From Candidatus Eiseniibacteriota bacterium (GTDB lineage: Bacteria > Eisenbacteria > RBG-16-71-46 > CAIMUX01), in NCBI GenBank assembly GCA_016712505.1, contig JADJQY010000002.1, positions 254,203 through 318,202 on the forward strand: a DNA stretch of 64,000 bases, written 5' to 3'. The position numbers and the translations under genes were made by a program. Of the stretch, positions 1 to 10,162 are shown one piece after another. How positions within the stretch are numbered: the first letter of the stretch is position 1; each line of letters begins with the position of its first letter. A model generated the notes under the pieces. The model made no database searches. It worked only from the letters and a program-made list of their open reading frames with translations, and was not told the DNA's origin.

Positions 1-1
1 T

Positions 2-637
2 GTTGTGTCGAAGGGAATCGCAATCTGGGACGGCGTTGCCTGGCGCGCGTTCGCCCAAGGTGAGCCTGACGGGGTACGGCCGCAGCGGATCGATATGCTT
101 GCTGCCACCGGCGCGCGGCTTTGGGCCTTCGGCCTTTTCCTCGTTGGCCGCGAGGACGCGAGGACGTGTCTCTGTTCCTGGGACGGCAGATCCTGGCGCC
201 TCTCTTCCTACGTTCCCAGGATCGCGGACATCTGCGCAACCGCGGACGGCAGTCTCTGGATCGCGGCGAGTCGTCCCGAGGCGCTACTGCCCGGTGCGAT
301 GCGCTACGACCTCCTCCGCCTCGCCCCCGAAGACGCCCCACGCCTGATCGGTCGGCCGTCGATTCTCTCGATCGACGCCCTTGGCCCGATCCCCGCCCGC
401 GGCTCGCTCGATGTGCGCTATTCGCTGACCCGGAACGCGCCGCTGCGCTATGGGCTCTACAACGTGGGCGGACGGCGGATCGTGGAGATCGATGGGGGAG
501 TGCAGGCGGCGGGGCCGCACGCGATCCACATCGATGCCGAGAGCTTGTCGCTGCCGCTCATCCTCTCAGGCGTCTACTTCCTGCGGATCGAGGCGGGGGA
601 CGACGTGGTGTCGCGGCGGATCGTGGTGGTCAGGTGA
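2..637 (+). CDS. secreted beta-propeller-repeat protein, C-terminal part (5' end outside window), with FlgD-Ig/T9SS-like C-terminal domain
   Basis: The ORF is open to the window edge. It has W-D-G-x-x-W type repeats (IAIWDGVAW, CSWDGRSW). The C-terminal domain ends GVYFLRIEAGDDVVSRRIVVVR. Stop TGA 635-637 overlaps the next ATG. Confidence 0.6.
   Translation, partial: VVSKGIAIWDGVAWRAFAQGEPDGVRPQRIDMLAATGARLWAFGLFLVGREDARTCLCSWDGRSWRLSSYVPRIADICATADGSLWIAASRPEALLPGAMRYDLLRLAPEDAPRLIGRPSILSIDALGPIPARGSLDVRYSLTRNAPLRYGLYNVGGRRIVEIDGGVQAAGPHAIHIDAESLSLPLILSGVYFLRIEAGDDVVSRRIVVVR
298..637. repeat. near-identical copy of the 3' end of the third paralog (partner 5114..5453)
   Basis: Aligned by eye, there are only scattered mismatches over about 340 nt. 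The last ~170 nt are essentially identical, except for the final codons before the stop. Confidence 0.8.
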
Positions 638-3077
638 TGGGTGCGGCTGTGAACGTGGCGATGAGAAGATTCGCTGCTTCGATTGGCGTCGGACGCAGTT
701 TAGGAAGTTTCGGCGGCCTTGGGAGATGCGCCGACCTGCTGATTCTTGCGATTTTGTGGAACTTTCTGCCTTCGCGCTCAGCCGGCGCCGCCGAGGAAGT
801 CGGCTGGACCGACCGGTTCCGCCTTCCGGGTCCACAGGGAGGCGTGGAGCAACTACTGGTAGTTGGTGACCGGCTGATCGCTCGCGGCCGCTTCCGCCTC
901 GAGGACCGCGACGCCTCGTTGCTCTCGTGGACGGGCGCTGACTGGGTCGAACTCGAGGGGGCGGAGGAGCTAGTCGCCACATCCGCGTTTGCCGACGGCT
1001 CCAAGCTGTTGGTCGGTGGGACGCGGCGAGTGAACGAGAGCGACACTTCCGTAGTGGAATGGTGGGATGGTGTCGATTGGCACCAATGGACGCCGCCCGA
1101 TGAAGCGAGGGACTGCAAGCCCCTGGCGCTGATTCACGGGGCGTTCTACATAGCGTGCCGGTGGTCGGACGCGTCGATCCAGAGCAGCAGCCTGCTGAGA
1201 GCTGAGGATGGTGGCCTGACGCGCTATCGCCTTCCCGAGGAGACAGCCCTCTACGCGGGGTTGGAGCTGGACGGGCAGTTCCTTGGAGTCTTACAAAACC
1301 TGCACTCGAGCCAGGATGGCTGGGCGACCCGTCTCGTGCGACCCTCGGGTGACTCGCTGGTCGTCGTCTCGCCCGCGCTCCCGATCTACCCGAGTGATGC
1401 CCGTGTCGCCGGGAGCACCGTTGTACTGACGCGGGACGGCAAGTTCAGCTCGCTAGAGATGCATCGATGGGATGGCGCGGAGTGGATGCCGTATCCCACA
1501 CCTGGCGCGCGGGAAGCCCGCTACCTTCCAGTGTCCGACCGCGACGTTCTTTACGCGCAATTCGAGGACAGCATCGGAGGTTCGTTCGGACTTTGGGCGG
1601 ACGACGGCGGCAGAGGTGAATGGCGCCGAGTTCCACTCGATCTCCAGCCCTCGTACGGCGCGGTCCGGTCGATCGTGACGTTGAAGAGTGCGCTCGTGCT
1701 GGGCGGCAGCTTTCGCTCCGTCGACCATCAAGGAGCGGCCGGAGTCGCGGTGGAAACCCCGGACGGCTGGAGATCGACGGCTCCGGGCCTCGGCCCGGAC
1801 AACACGGTCTCCGACCTGGTGCCGGGACACGACGGATTCTGGTGTCTGGGCTCGTTCCAGAGCTTGGGCGATCTGTGGTCGCCCGGCGCGGCCTTCTGGA
1901 ACGGCGGAGCCTGGAGTCACGTCCTCGCCCCACCATTCAATGGCCCGATCGTCGGTAGCGTCATCGAGGACGAACTCTGGGTACTCCGCTCGAACGCATA
2001 CTGGCGTGCTGAAGGTGACGTGGCGGCCGCGCGACTTCAGGAGGGCGCCTGGGTCGTGCAACCGTCCGATGACCGGATTGCCCGTTGGCAGTTGAGCCGA
2101 CTGCTGCGGTATGCAGGCAGAGCTATCGCTGTCGGGGAGATCTCGATGACCGACGGAAGCAGACGGCCGCTGGTGGAGTGGAGCATGGGCGCCTGGCGCC
2201 CCGTGGAGTCCATCCCGGCGGGCTCGGCAGTCGCGGCCGAAGCGTGGCGCGGGAAGCTGATCGTGGCCGGACGGTTTCGCCCCGACGCGCAACCCTACGG
2301 TTCGCTCGGTGACCTGCTGGCCTGGGACGGTTCGACCTCGGAGTTGCTCTCACCCCGACCGGCCATCGCCGGAAGTAGGACCCTCGGGAGCATCCACGAT
2401 CTGGCCGCGCACGCGGATCTGCTCCTCATTGCTGGAGACTTCGACTACCTCGGGGAGGTCTACACCCCCGGACTCGCGGCCTGGGACGGGGAGCGTATTC
2501 GTCCCTACGCACAGCCGAGTCCGATGTCCCCGCGCCCGCGGTCGATACGCCGACTGCTGGTCGACCAAGGGGAGGTGTTTGCCGCCGGCGAGTTCGTGGA
2601 TGCGGAGAACCGCTCCGTCCAGGGGTCTACCAGTGGCGTGGCGAACGCTGGGCTCCGGTGGGGAGCATCGACGGCATCGTAGAAGACATGGCGGTGGATC
2701 ACGGGCGCCTGTACGTTGCGGGTTCCTTCGGGGACCTTCTCAGGTGGGATTCTCACTTGCTCGAGTCGCGTGACATCCTATTGGGATCACACCCGGGAGG
2801 GGCATCGCGGGCATTGTCGCTGGAGCCCAACCCGGCGGTCGACCACCTACGTGTTCTGTTCAGTGGTTCCCTGCCCCGCGGGGGGCGTTGGTTCATTCAC
2901 GATGTGAGCGGACGCACGCTCGCGCAGGGTCTTCTGACTCCCTCCCCGCATGGTCCGCGCCTGATCTCGCTTGGTCCCGAGGAACTGGACGCGACGCGCC
3001 TGCGGTCCGGGGTCTACTTCGTCGAGCTCCGAGATGGCGCGACACGCCACCGCGAGCGTCTGGTGGTGGTGCGATGA
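637..3077 (+). CDS. paralogous secreted beta-propeller-repeat protein with C-terminal sorting-type domain; apparent single-base frame break
   Basis: ATG 637 overlaps the upstream TGA (TGATG). Many xxWxGxxW repeats are present. The 121..2682 frame and the 2658..3077 frame join sensibly only if G4 run 2622-2625 were G5 (..ENRSVQG|VYQWRGERWAPVGSIDG..). The C-terminus is GVYFVELRDGATRHRERLVVVR. Confidence 0.6.
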
Positions 3078-5453
3078 GAAGCGGTCGGGTCTCAGACACC
3101 GCCCTGGGCCTCCTCGTGTCACTTGGCGCGGTGTGTAGCTTGTCCTGGGCGCAGCCCGAGGTCGCGGGCGAGTTCTCGTTCGCAGGTCGTACCCCTCCCG
3201 GCGCCCCGGTCCCGCTGAACAATCTCTTCGTCGTCGGTGATCTCCTCGTGGTGCAGCCGCAATCCTCCGAGGTGGCCCGTTGGGGGCTGGGCTCCCTCGT
3301 GGTCTGGGACGGATCGCGTTGGTCCGGCATCGCCAGCACACCCACCAGCGGCGTTTCCTCAATGGTGAGCGATGGCGAGCGGTTGTACCTGCTCGTCCGG
3401 GGCAGCACGGAAGAGGCGCCGCGCATTGACACCTGGGACGGTGACGGCTGGACTCGCGGGGCACTGCCGGTGCCCGAGGATGCGCGACAACTCGCGTACT
3501 GCGACGAAGCGCTGGTGGCGATCGGTTGGGTCGTCGACAGTCACCTGGAAGCGGACTCGTGGATTCAGCGCTGGGATGGTGCAGCGTGGACCGACCTGTT
3601 CCGTGACGACGATCCGGAGGTGTTCTCCTCCGTCGAGGCCGCCGGGCCGGGACCTGAGATCTTGGTTCGCATTCGCCAGCGCGCGACCGGGGCGGAGTCG
3701 TTCGAACGCTGGCGGGATGGAGTCTGGCACCCGGTCCAGGTTCCAGACTCGGTGAGCCTGGACTCGTTCGCATGGTCGTCGGCCGGGTGGATAGGGGTCG
3801 GACGCGAGTGGAGTCCCGGCGCTGACCAGGCGACGCTCTACCGTCTCCAGAAAGACTCCTGGAAGCCCTTCGGGCCCTCGTTCCCGGCGCATTCGCTCAA
3901 CCTCCTCTCGACCGGTGGGGTAGCTCTGCTTGGAACCTTGATCGGGGAGGGGCGGGAGCTGACGAGTGCACTGTGGAGCGTGGAAGGGGACACCCTGCGC
4001 TCACTCGGTACCCTGACGGATGCCGGGGGTGACTTCGGGGGGATCGCGGCTGCCGCTTCGTGGCAGGGAGGAATCGTCTGTGGTGGGAGCTTCGTCTCGA
4101 TCGGCGGGGTGGGCGCGTGGAACGTAGCTTTGCTCCGTGAATCCGGGGCGGAGCGAATTCGCGATGGCGATGCGATCGATGGGCAGATCGAGCAGATCGT
4201 GCCGTTTCGTGACGGCATCGCGGTCGCCGGCGATTTCGCATACGCCGGAACTTTGCCTTGTTCCGGCCTCGCGATTCGCGACGCGGCTGGATGGGTCGAG
4301 GCCCCCGCCCCACGGCCTGGGCGCTCGTGGGTGATGCAGGAGTACCGCGGCACCCTGTCGATCGCAGCGGGAGATACCGTCTCGTTCTGGACCGGGGCGC
4401 GATGGGAAGCACTGGGCGGCGTGGGACACGACAGGACGGTTTCGGCCCTGGGGCTGCACGAAGGAGACCTGATCGCCGCGGGGATGTTCTTGCGTAGCGG
4501 CTCCAGCATCACCCGCGGTGTTGCTCGTTGGGATGGTGCACACTGGTCCAGACTTGGAGGGGGTATCCGGGGCCTTCCAAACTGCCTTGAGAGTTGGTCC
4601 GGGAATCTCGTGATCGGCGGCGATCTCAGGGAAGCGGAGTTCAACCCTGTTTCCGAACATCGCGCTGTGGGACGGAGCGGGTTGGTACCCGATAGGACCG
4701 GGACTGCAACGCGCCGTCCCGCCGTCGAACTTTCACCGCAGCGGCACCGGCGTGGTCGCTCTCGCTCGCTACGGCGACCTGCTCCTCGCGGCAGGAGACT
4801 TCGTCCGCGCGGGAAGCGAGGATCTCCCGGGAATTGCTCTCTGGGACGGCTCAGCCTGGCGACGACTGGGCGACGACGACCCGGAGGGCATCCGGCCGCG
4901 CGACGTGAGCTCCCTCGCGGTTTCGGGGAATCGCGTCTTCGCCTATGGCACGTTCGAGATTGGGCGCCGATCGGGTCGGTCGGCTCTCTGCGTCCTCGAG
5001 GGTGGCCGCTGGAGGGTGGTTTCGACCGATCCGGAAGTGCGGGCGATGCAGGCCTTGGCCGACGGAACAGTGTGGATCTCGGCGAGTCGCCCCGAGGCAC
5101 TCCTGCCTGGGGCGATGCGCTACGACCTCCTCCGCCTCGCTCCCGAAGACGCCCCGCACCTGATCGATCGCCCTTCGATTCTCTCGATCGACGCCCTCGG
5201 CCCGATCCCCGCCCGCGGCTCGCTCGATGTGCGCTACTCCCTGACCCGGAACGCGCCGCTGCGTTATGGGCTCTACAACGTGGGCGGACGGCGGATCGTC
5301 GAGATCGATGGGGGAGTGCAGGCGGCGGGGCCGCACGCGATCCACATCGATGCCGAGAGCTTGTCGCTGCCGCTCATCCTCTCAGGCGTCTACTTCCTGC
5401 GGATCGAGGCGGGGGACGACGTGGTGTCGCGGCGGATCGTGGTGGTGCGGTGA
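3074..5453 (+). CDS. paralogous secreted beta-propeller-repeat protein with C-terminal sorting-type domain; apparent single-base frame break
   Basis: ATG 3074 overlaps the upstream TGA. The signal peptide is MRSGRVSDTALGLLVSLGAVCSLSWAQP. It belongs to the same repeat family. A frame break at T3 run 4650-4652 (..REAEFNPV|PNIALWDGAGWYPIG..) continues into the frame of ORF 4752..5453. Confidence 0.6.
5114..5453. repeat. near-identical copy of the 3' end of the first paralog (partner 298..637)
   Basis: Same by-eye alignment as the 298..637 repeat. The encoded C-terminal domains differ at only a few residues (RLIG vs HLID). Confidence 0.8.
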
Positions 5454-5544
5454 GCGGTTGCCCCACGCCCCAGCACTTTCTATCATCACGGGCGTAGGGT
5501 CATCACCACCAGGGGCCGGCTGGATTGGACCGGGGGGAGCGCGC

Positions 5545-5739
5545 ATGAGCGATCGGAAGAGTGCGGGAGAACCGACCGACGGGCCGCGGTCGGCGGGAGT
5601 TGCGGGCCGCGCCGACGATGGGGTCGACGTGACCCTGATCCGCTGGATGCTCACCCTCTCCCCACTCGAGCGTCTGCAGGTGTTGCAACGGACCATTCGC
5701 TCGTTGGAGAGATTGCGCAGTGGCCGCACCGGTCGGTGA
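5545..5739 (+). CDS. small hypothetical protein (possible partner of the downstream nucleotidyltransferase-like protein)
   Basis: ATG 5545 is preceded by GGGGGGAG. The product is 64 aa and contains DVTLIRWMLTLSPLERLQVLQ. It overlaps the next ORF by 20 nt. Confidence 0.4.
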   Translation: MSDRKSAGEPTDGPRSAGVAGRADDGVDVTLIRWMLTLSPLERLQVLQRTIRSLERLRSGRTGR

Positions 5740-6226
5740 TCTGCTCTCGATGCTTCGGCGACTGGCGGCGGAGCAGGTGGAATTCATCGTCGTGGGCGGG
5801 GTTGGGGCAGTCCTGCAGGGGGCGCCGATCGCCACCTTCGACTTGGATGTCGTCCATGCCCGGAATCCGCAGAACGTGGAGCGACTCGCCCATGTACTGA
5901 CCGCACTGGGCGCGCGGTACCGGGGGCAGGGGGATCGAGTAGTGGCGCCGCTGGCAGCGCACCTGGCAGGCCCGGGGCACCACCTCCTGATCACTACGGA
6001 AGGGCCTCTCGATCTCCTGGGTGCGCTGATCGGGGGGCGGGATCATGAGGCGTTGGCGGCGCACACCATCGACTTCGAATTGGAGCCAGGCCTGGTCGTT
6101 CGAGTGCTTGCCCTCGAGATGATCATCGCGCTCAAGGAAGAGCTGGGCGGGGAGAAGGATCTAGCGGTCTTACCGGTGCTACGTCGCACCCTTGCCGAAC
6201 TGCGAAAGCCGCGCACCGACCTCTGA
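5720..6226 (+). CDS. nucleotidyltransferase-fold-like protein (putative)
   Basis: The motif FIVVGGVGAVLQGAPIATFDLDVV resembles the GG..A...G..R.T.DlD pattern of minimal nucleotidyltransferase / AbiEii-like families. No search was run. Confidence 0.4.
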   Translation: MAAPVGDLLSMLRRLAAEQVEFIVVGGVGAVLQGAPIATFDLDVVHARNPQNVERLAHVLTALGARYRGQGDRVVAPLAAHLAGPGHHLLITTEGPLDLLGALIGGRDHEALAAHTIDFELEPGLVVRVLALEMIIALKEELGGEKDLAVLPVLRRTLAELRKPRTDL

Positions 6227-6331
6227 GTTCCTCCGGCTCTCCGTCCCGGAACCTGGCAGTCACCCCGGGTGGCGGCCACCCAGGGGTGGCCGCGCCCCCC
6301 AGCGCCGCGGTGATCCTGCCCCTACCGCCCG

Positions 6332-7396
6332 CTACTCCCCCCGCACCGCCTCGAGCTTGCGCACGTCCTTCACGATCCGTTCGAGTTCGCTCGGAGTGAT
6401 GCACTGCTGGCCGTCGCTCCAGGCCTTCTGGGGGTCGGAGTGAGTTTCCAGCAGGAGTCCGTCGGCACCGGCGGCGACGGCCGCGAGGGCGAGGGGGCGC
6501 ACGAGGTGGCGATCGCCGGTGGCGTGCGAGGGATCGAAGAAGACGGGCAGGTTCGACTGCCGCTTCAGAATCGGGATCGCGGCGATGTCGGAGCTGTAGC
6601 GCTGGTAGTCCTTGCTCTCGAAGGTGCGGACCCCGCGCAGGCAGAGGATGATCTCCTCGTTGCCGTAGGCGGCAAGGTACTCGGCGGCGAGGAGGAACTC
6701 CTCGATGGTGGCCGACTCGCCGCGCTTCAGCAGGACCGGCTTCCCGAGCGGACCGGAGAGGCGGGCGCACTCCTCGAGCAGGCCGTACGATTTCATGTTG
6801 CGCGCCCCGATCTGGATGACGTCGGACTGGGCGACGACCTGATCGAGGATCCGTTCGTCCTCGATGCTGCCATCCTCACGCGGGTGCCGGTTGGTGCCGG
6901 TGGCCTCGGTGACCACCGGGAGCCCGGTCCGTTGGCGCGCCTCGGCGAGATAGCGGAGGCCTTCACCGCCGAGCCCCTGGAAGGCGTAGGGCGAGGTGCG
7001 TGGCTTGTAGGCGCCGCCGCGCAGCGCCTGGGCGCCGGCGGCCTTGACCTCGTCGGCCAGGGTCAGGATCATGTCGCGACCTTCGACCGAGCAGGGACCG
7101 GCGACGATCGCCACCGAGCCGTCCCCGAGGGTAAGATCGCCGAGCTTCACGCGGCGGGTGGCGCTGCGGAATTCACGGCTGACCAACTTGTAGGGACGGG
7201 TGATGCGATGGACCGATTCGACCGCTTCGAGCTCGAGAAAGAGATCCTCGCCCACCTTGCGGGTGTCGCCGATCACGCCGATCACCAGCCGATCCACCCC
7301 CTGGCTGGCGTCCGGCTTGAGGCCGTTGGCCTCGATCCGACGCACCACCTCGGCGATCTCGGCCTCGGTCGCCCCTTTCTTCACACGGATGATCAT
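6332..7396 (-). CDS. aroF: 3-deoxy-7-phosphoheptulonate (DAHP) synthase, type I-beta with N-terminal regulatory domain
   Basis: A 354-aa protein with an N-terminal ferredoxin-like domain (MIIRVKKGATEAEI..). The core has GPCSVE..., RGGAYKPRTSPYAFQGLG and DPSHATG motifs. Confidence 0.9.
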   Translation of the reverse strand: MIIRVKKGATEAEIAEVVRRIEANGLKPDASQGVDRLVIGVIGDTRKVGEDLFLELEAVESVHRITRPYKLVSREFRSATRRVKLGDLTLGDGSVAIVAGPCSVEGRDMILTLADEVKAAGAQALRGGAYKPRTSPYAFQGLGGEGLRYLAEARQRTGLPVVTEATGTNRHPREDGSIEDERILDQVVAQSDVIQIGARNMKSYGLLEECARLSGPLGKPVLLKRGESATIEEFLLAAEYLAAYGNEEIILCLRGVRTFESKDYQRYSSDIAAIPILKRQSNLPVFFDPSHATGDRHLVRPLALAAVAAGADGLLLETHSDPQKAWSDGQQCITPSELERIVKDVRKLEAVRGE

Positions 7397-7494
7397 CGCG
7401 AGTCCTTCCTTGAGCGTTCTGGGTCTGGGTCCTTGCGCGGCAGGCTAGCGCCGCATTCCCCGGAGGTAAAGCGCGGATCGACGGGGGCGCGGGA

Positions 7495-8343
7495 GTGAAT
7501 TCGCAGATCGTGGAGTGCGAGGGGATGGTGCTGCGCTCGCTGCGCTACGGTGAGACGAGCCGGATCGTCACCCTCTTCACCCGGGCGCATGGAAAGGTGA
7601 GCGCGATGGCCAAGGGGGCACGCGAAACCAAGAGCCCCTTCGGCTCGAGCCTGGAGCCGTTCTGTGTCGCGAGCTACGTCTTCTACCACCGGACGGGGCG
7701 CGACCTGCAATTCCTGAAGAGCGGCTGGACCGAGCGCGAATACAGCGCGCTCTGGGAGGACGCGGAACGGTTTCTCCACGGCGCGGCGCTGCTCGAGTTC
7801 CTCGACCGCATCCTGCTCGAGGAGGAACCGGTACCGGAGATCTACGACCTGGCGCAGCGCGCGCTGGCCGTCCTGACCCGAGCCCCCCGCGAACGACTGC
7901 GGGAGCTGTTCCGGGCATTTCAGCTTCGCGCCGCGGCCCACCTGGGGTACGCCCCGATGCTCGATCGCTGCCTGCACTGCGCCCGCGGCCTGCCCGAGGG
8001 AGAAGCGGAGATGACCGAGGTGTGGGTCTTCCGCGCCACTGAAGGAGGAGCGCTCTGCCCCAACTGCGCCTCCGGGGGGGAAGGTGGGGTCCGGATCCGT
8101 CCGCGGGCGCTGCGGCGCATCCGCACCATGGCACTCGGTCGGGGCGAGGGGTTCGGCGAGGCCGATCTGGTCGGGGACCGGGGGGGCGCTTCGCTGGTCC
8201 GGGACTCCGCCGCGCCGTCCCCGCTCTGGATCGCCGCCCTGGAGCGAATCGTGGAGGAGTACCTGCACTTCCACATCGAGCGGTACCACGGCCTCCGCAG
8301 CCTCCGCATACGAATGGACGAGATGGGCGCGGCAACGGCTTGA
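7495..8343 (+). CDS. recO: DNA repair protein RecO
   Basis: The N-terminal OB-fold region is GMVLRSLRYGETSRIVTLFTRAHGKVSAMAKGAR. A CxxC...CxxC zinc motif is present (CLHCARG...CPNCAS). Confidence 0.9.
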   Translation: MNSQIVECEGMVLRSLRYGETSRIVTLFTRAHGKVSAMAKGARETKSPFGSSLEPFCVASYVFYHRTGRDLQFLKSGWTEREYSALWEDAERFLHGAALLEFLDRILLEEEPVPEIYDLAQRALAVLTRAPRERLRELFRAFQLRAAAHLGYAPMLDRCLHCARGLPEGEAEMTEVWVFRATEGGALCPNCASGGEGGVRIRPRALRRIRTMALGRGEGFGEADLVGDRGGASLVRDSAAPSPLWIAALERIVEEYLHFHIERYHGLRSLRIRMDEMGAATA

Positions 8344-8401
8344 CCGCGTGTCAGGCGCTCGCTAGCGTCCCGACGACGACAGCAGAGGGGGAGAATCTCG
8401 G

Positions 8402-9191
8402 ATGAACCTTTGGGGTGGATCGGCCGGCCTGGCGGGGGATGTGATGGGGAACCGGCAGGTCGCGCGGAGGATTGAAGCGGCGCACTGGCTCGGCGCCGAG
8501 CACTGGCCTGGAGCCGCGCGGTGGCTCGGAGGGGCGCTCGGGGCGCTGGCCCTGCTGGCGAGCACGCTTTCGGGCTGTCAGCGCGAGTCGGGACCGCGTG
8601 AGATGTCGTTCCAGGTCGATGCCGGACTGCTCGGTAACCCGGTGGCCGATCCGACGCTCGAGGTCACCTTCCGCGCGCCGCGCGAACTGCTGCCCGCCCC
8701 GCCGGAGTTCGTCCAGGCAGCGCAGCGCGAGATGGAGGCAAAGCCCCCCTCCGATCCCTACTCTGATCTGATCCCCGCTCAGATCTACGCTGATCCTTCA
8801 GGGGAGATGCGGATCTTCGTCTCGCGGTTCCGTACGCTGCCGGCCACGGTCGCCGGGGGAGGCGGTTCGGGTGGTGGCCTGAGCGAGGCGTGGCGGAAGA
8901 GCTATCAGGAGAAGGCGACGGCCAAGGTCCATGCCACCGACCCCACCGCGGCCATCGAGTCCGACTACTACCGCCTGGGCCCGGTGCCGGTCCTGCAGCT
9001 GGTGATACGCGGCAAGGGCTACGTGAACTTCCGGCTGGTTTGTGCGGCCGAGCACAGTCCGACGTTCCAGGTCGACTACGTCGTCCCGACCGCGCGCTGG
9101 AAGGACATGGCGCGCGCGGTCGAGTCGTCGATCGGATCACTCGCCTTTCATCACCCCGAGGGGGAGCGCCCGCACGACCTCCTCGGGGTGA
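8402..9191 (+). CDS. lipoprotein of unknown function (3' end uncertain)
   Basis: The signal peptide has a lipobox (ALALLASTLSGC). The ORF formally stays open to 9913, but that tail is antisense to bcp. Removing one G from G5 run 9160-9164 gives a stop at 9189-9191. That end is a hypothesis. Confidence 0.4.
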
Positions 9192-9756
9192 ATCAACGGA
9201 TCGCTCACCACCCAGCTTCGCGCGATCGTCCCTTTGGCGTCGATCAGGTAGGTGACGCGACGGGCCACCGTCCGGCTCCGACCGTCCCGGTTCAATTCGA
9301 ACGCTGCGCCGTAGGCGCGCGCCACCGCGGCGGTGGTGTCGGCCAGGAGCGGAAACGCCGCGCCGCAGTGCTCGGCGAAACGGGCGTGACTCTCGACCGG
9401 ATCGACGCTCACCCCGACCAGGTTTGCCCCGCGGGCCCGGATCAGGGAGTCGACCTCCGCGAAGGCGTGCGCTTCCTTCGTGCATCCCGGGGTGAAGTCG
9501 GCAGGGTAGAAGTAGAGCACCAGCGGGGAGGACTTCCAGATCTCGCTGGCTCGCCGGATCGCGCCGGTCTGATCCTTCAAGGCGAAGTCGGGTGCCGGGT
9601 CTCCGATCGCGAGGAGTGCCGGCGCGACGGGGGCGTGGGTTGGGCCGGTGCCCCTTGCTGGGCGGCGGCCGTGCCCCAGAGGCCGGCGGTCCATAGACTC
9701 AGGATGAGACCCAGGATCGAAAGGATCGCCGGGCGATGCAGACGTTTCTGCGACAT
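9137..9756 (-). CDS. bcp: thioredoxin-dependent peroxiredoxin Bcp, probably with signal peptide; apparent single-base frame break
   Basis: The PDFAL...YFYPADFTPGCT peroxidatic Cys motif is present. An ATG at 9756 with an AAGGGAG RBS encodes the signal-like MSQKRLHRPAILSILGLILSLWTAGLWGTAAAQQ in another frame. The two frames join at C5 (plus-strand G5 9629-9633). Confidence 0.75.
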
Positions 9757-9971
9757 GGGGTTCGGTGCTCCCTTTGCGAGATTGGTTGCAGTCTCCCGCC
9801 CGCCGCGGCGCTGCGGGGGAAGCTCCTTCGCGCTGTCCTTCTCCGTGCGCGGCGTGCTAAGCTCCCGACCGGCCCGGACGCCGTGTGCAGCATCGCACAA
9901 CAACTCGCGGTGAGCGAGTGCTCTTGGCACAGGCTCCGGATCACCAGATCATCCGGACTGGTACGTTCGAG

Positions 9972-10007
9972 TCTTCTTTAAGCCGATCCTGCGAGGTCGG
10001 AAAGGAG
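9972..10007 (+). promoter_or_regulatory. PyrR-binding-type leader RNA hairpin upstream of pyrR
   Basis: CUUCUUUAAGCCGAUCCUGCGAGGUCGGAAAGGAG has a CCGA/UCGG stem and a UCCUGCGAGG loop. This resembles the PyrR binding loop consensus (UCCAGAGAGG flanked by UUUAA and AAGG), recalled from the Bacillus pyr leaders. Confidence 0.5.
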
Positions 10008-10162
10008 TCGTACATGCACCTGCTCCCGCCCGCGAGCGGCCGCCTCCCGGCTGCGCTTCGGCTTCGCGTACGCCGCGATCTCTTCCTGCCGCCACTTCGG
10101 CCCGCACCCGCCGGGCGCGACTTCCGTTCTTCGTTCACCGTCCTCTCACGCATGGGGGAATC

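Noticed and set aside
121-636. N-terminal extensions of ORFs 121..2682, 2888..5497, 15689..16810, 47807..51793 and 56621..62710 that overlap the preceding genes.
   Set aside because: The extension translations are low-complexity. Internal starts with RBS or stop-start overlaps, followed by signal peptides or conserved N-termini, give better gene models.
6272-6293. GC-rich hairpins without U-tracts after several genes. These are at 6272-6293, about 17691-17709, 51800-51822, 51950-51970, 56374-56388 and 62713-62741.
   Set aside because: The stems are visible, but no canonical U-run follows them. In GC-rich DNA such hairpins are common, so I did not call them terminators. Only the one at 53430..53466 is convincing.
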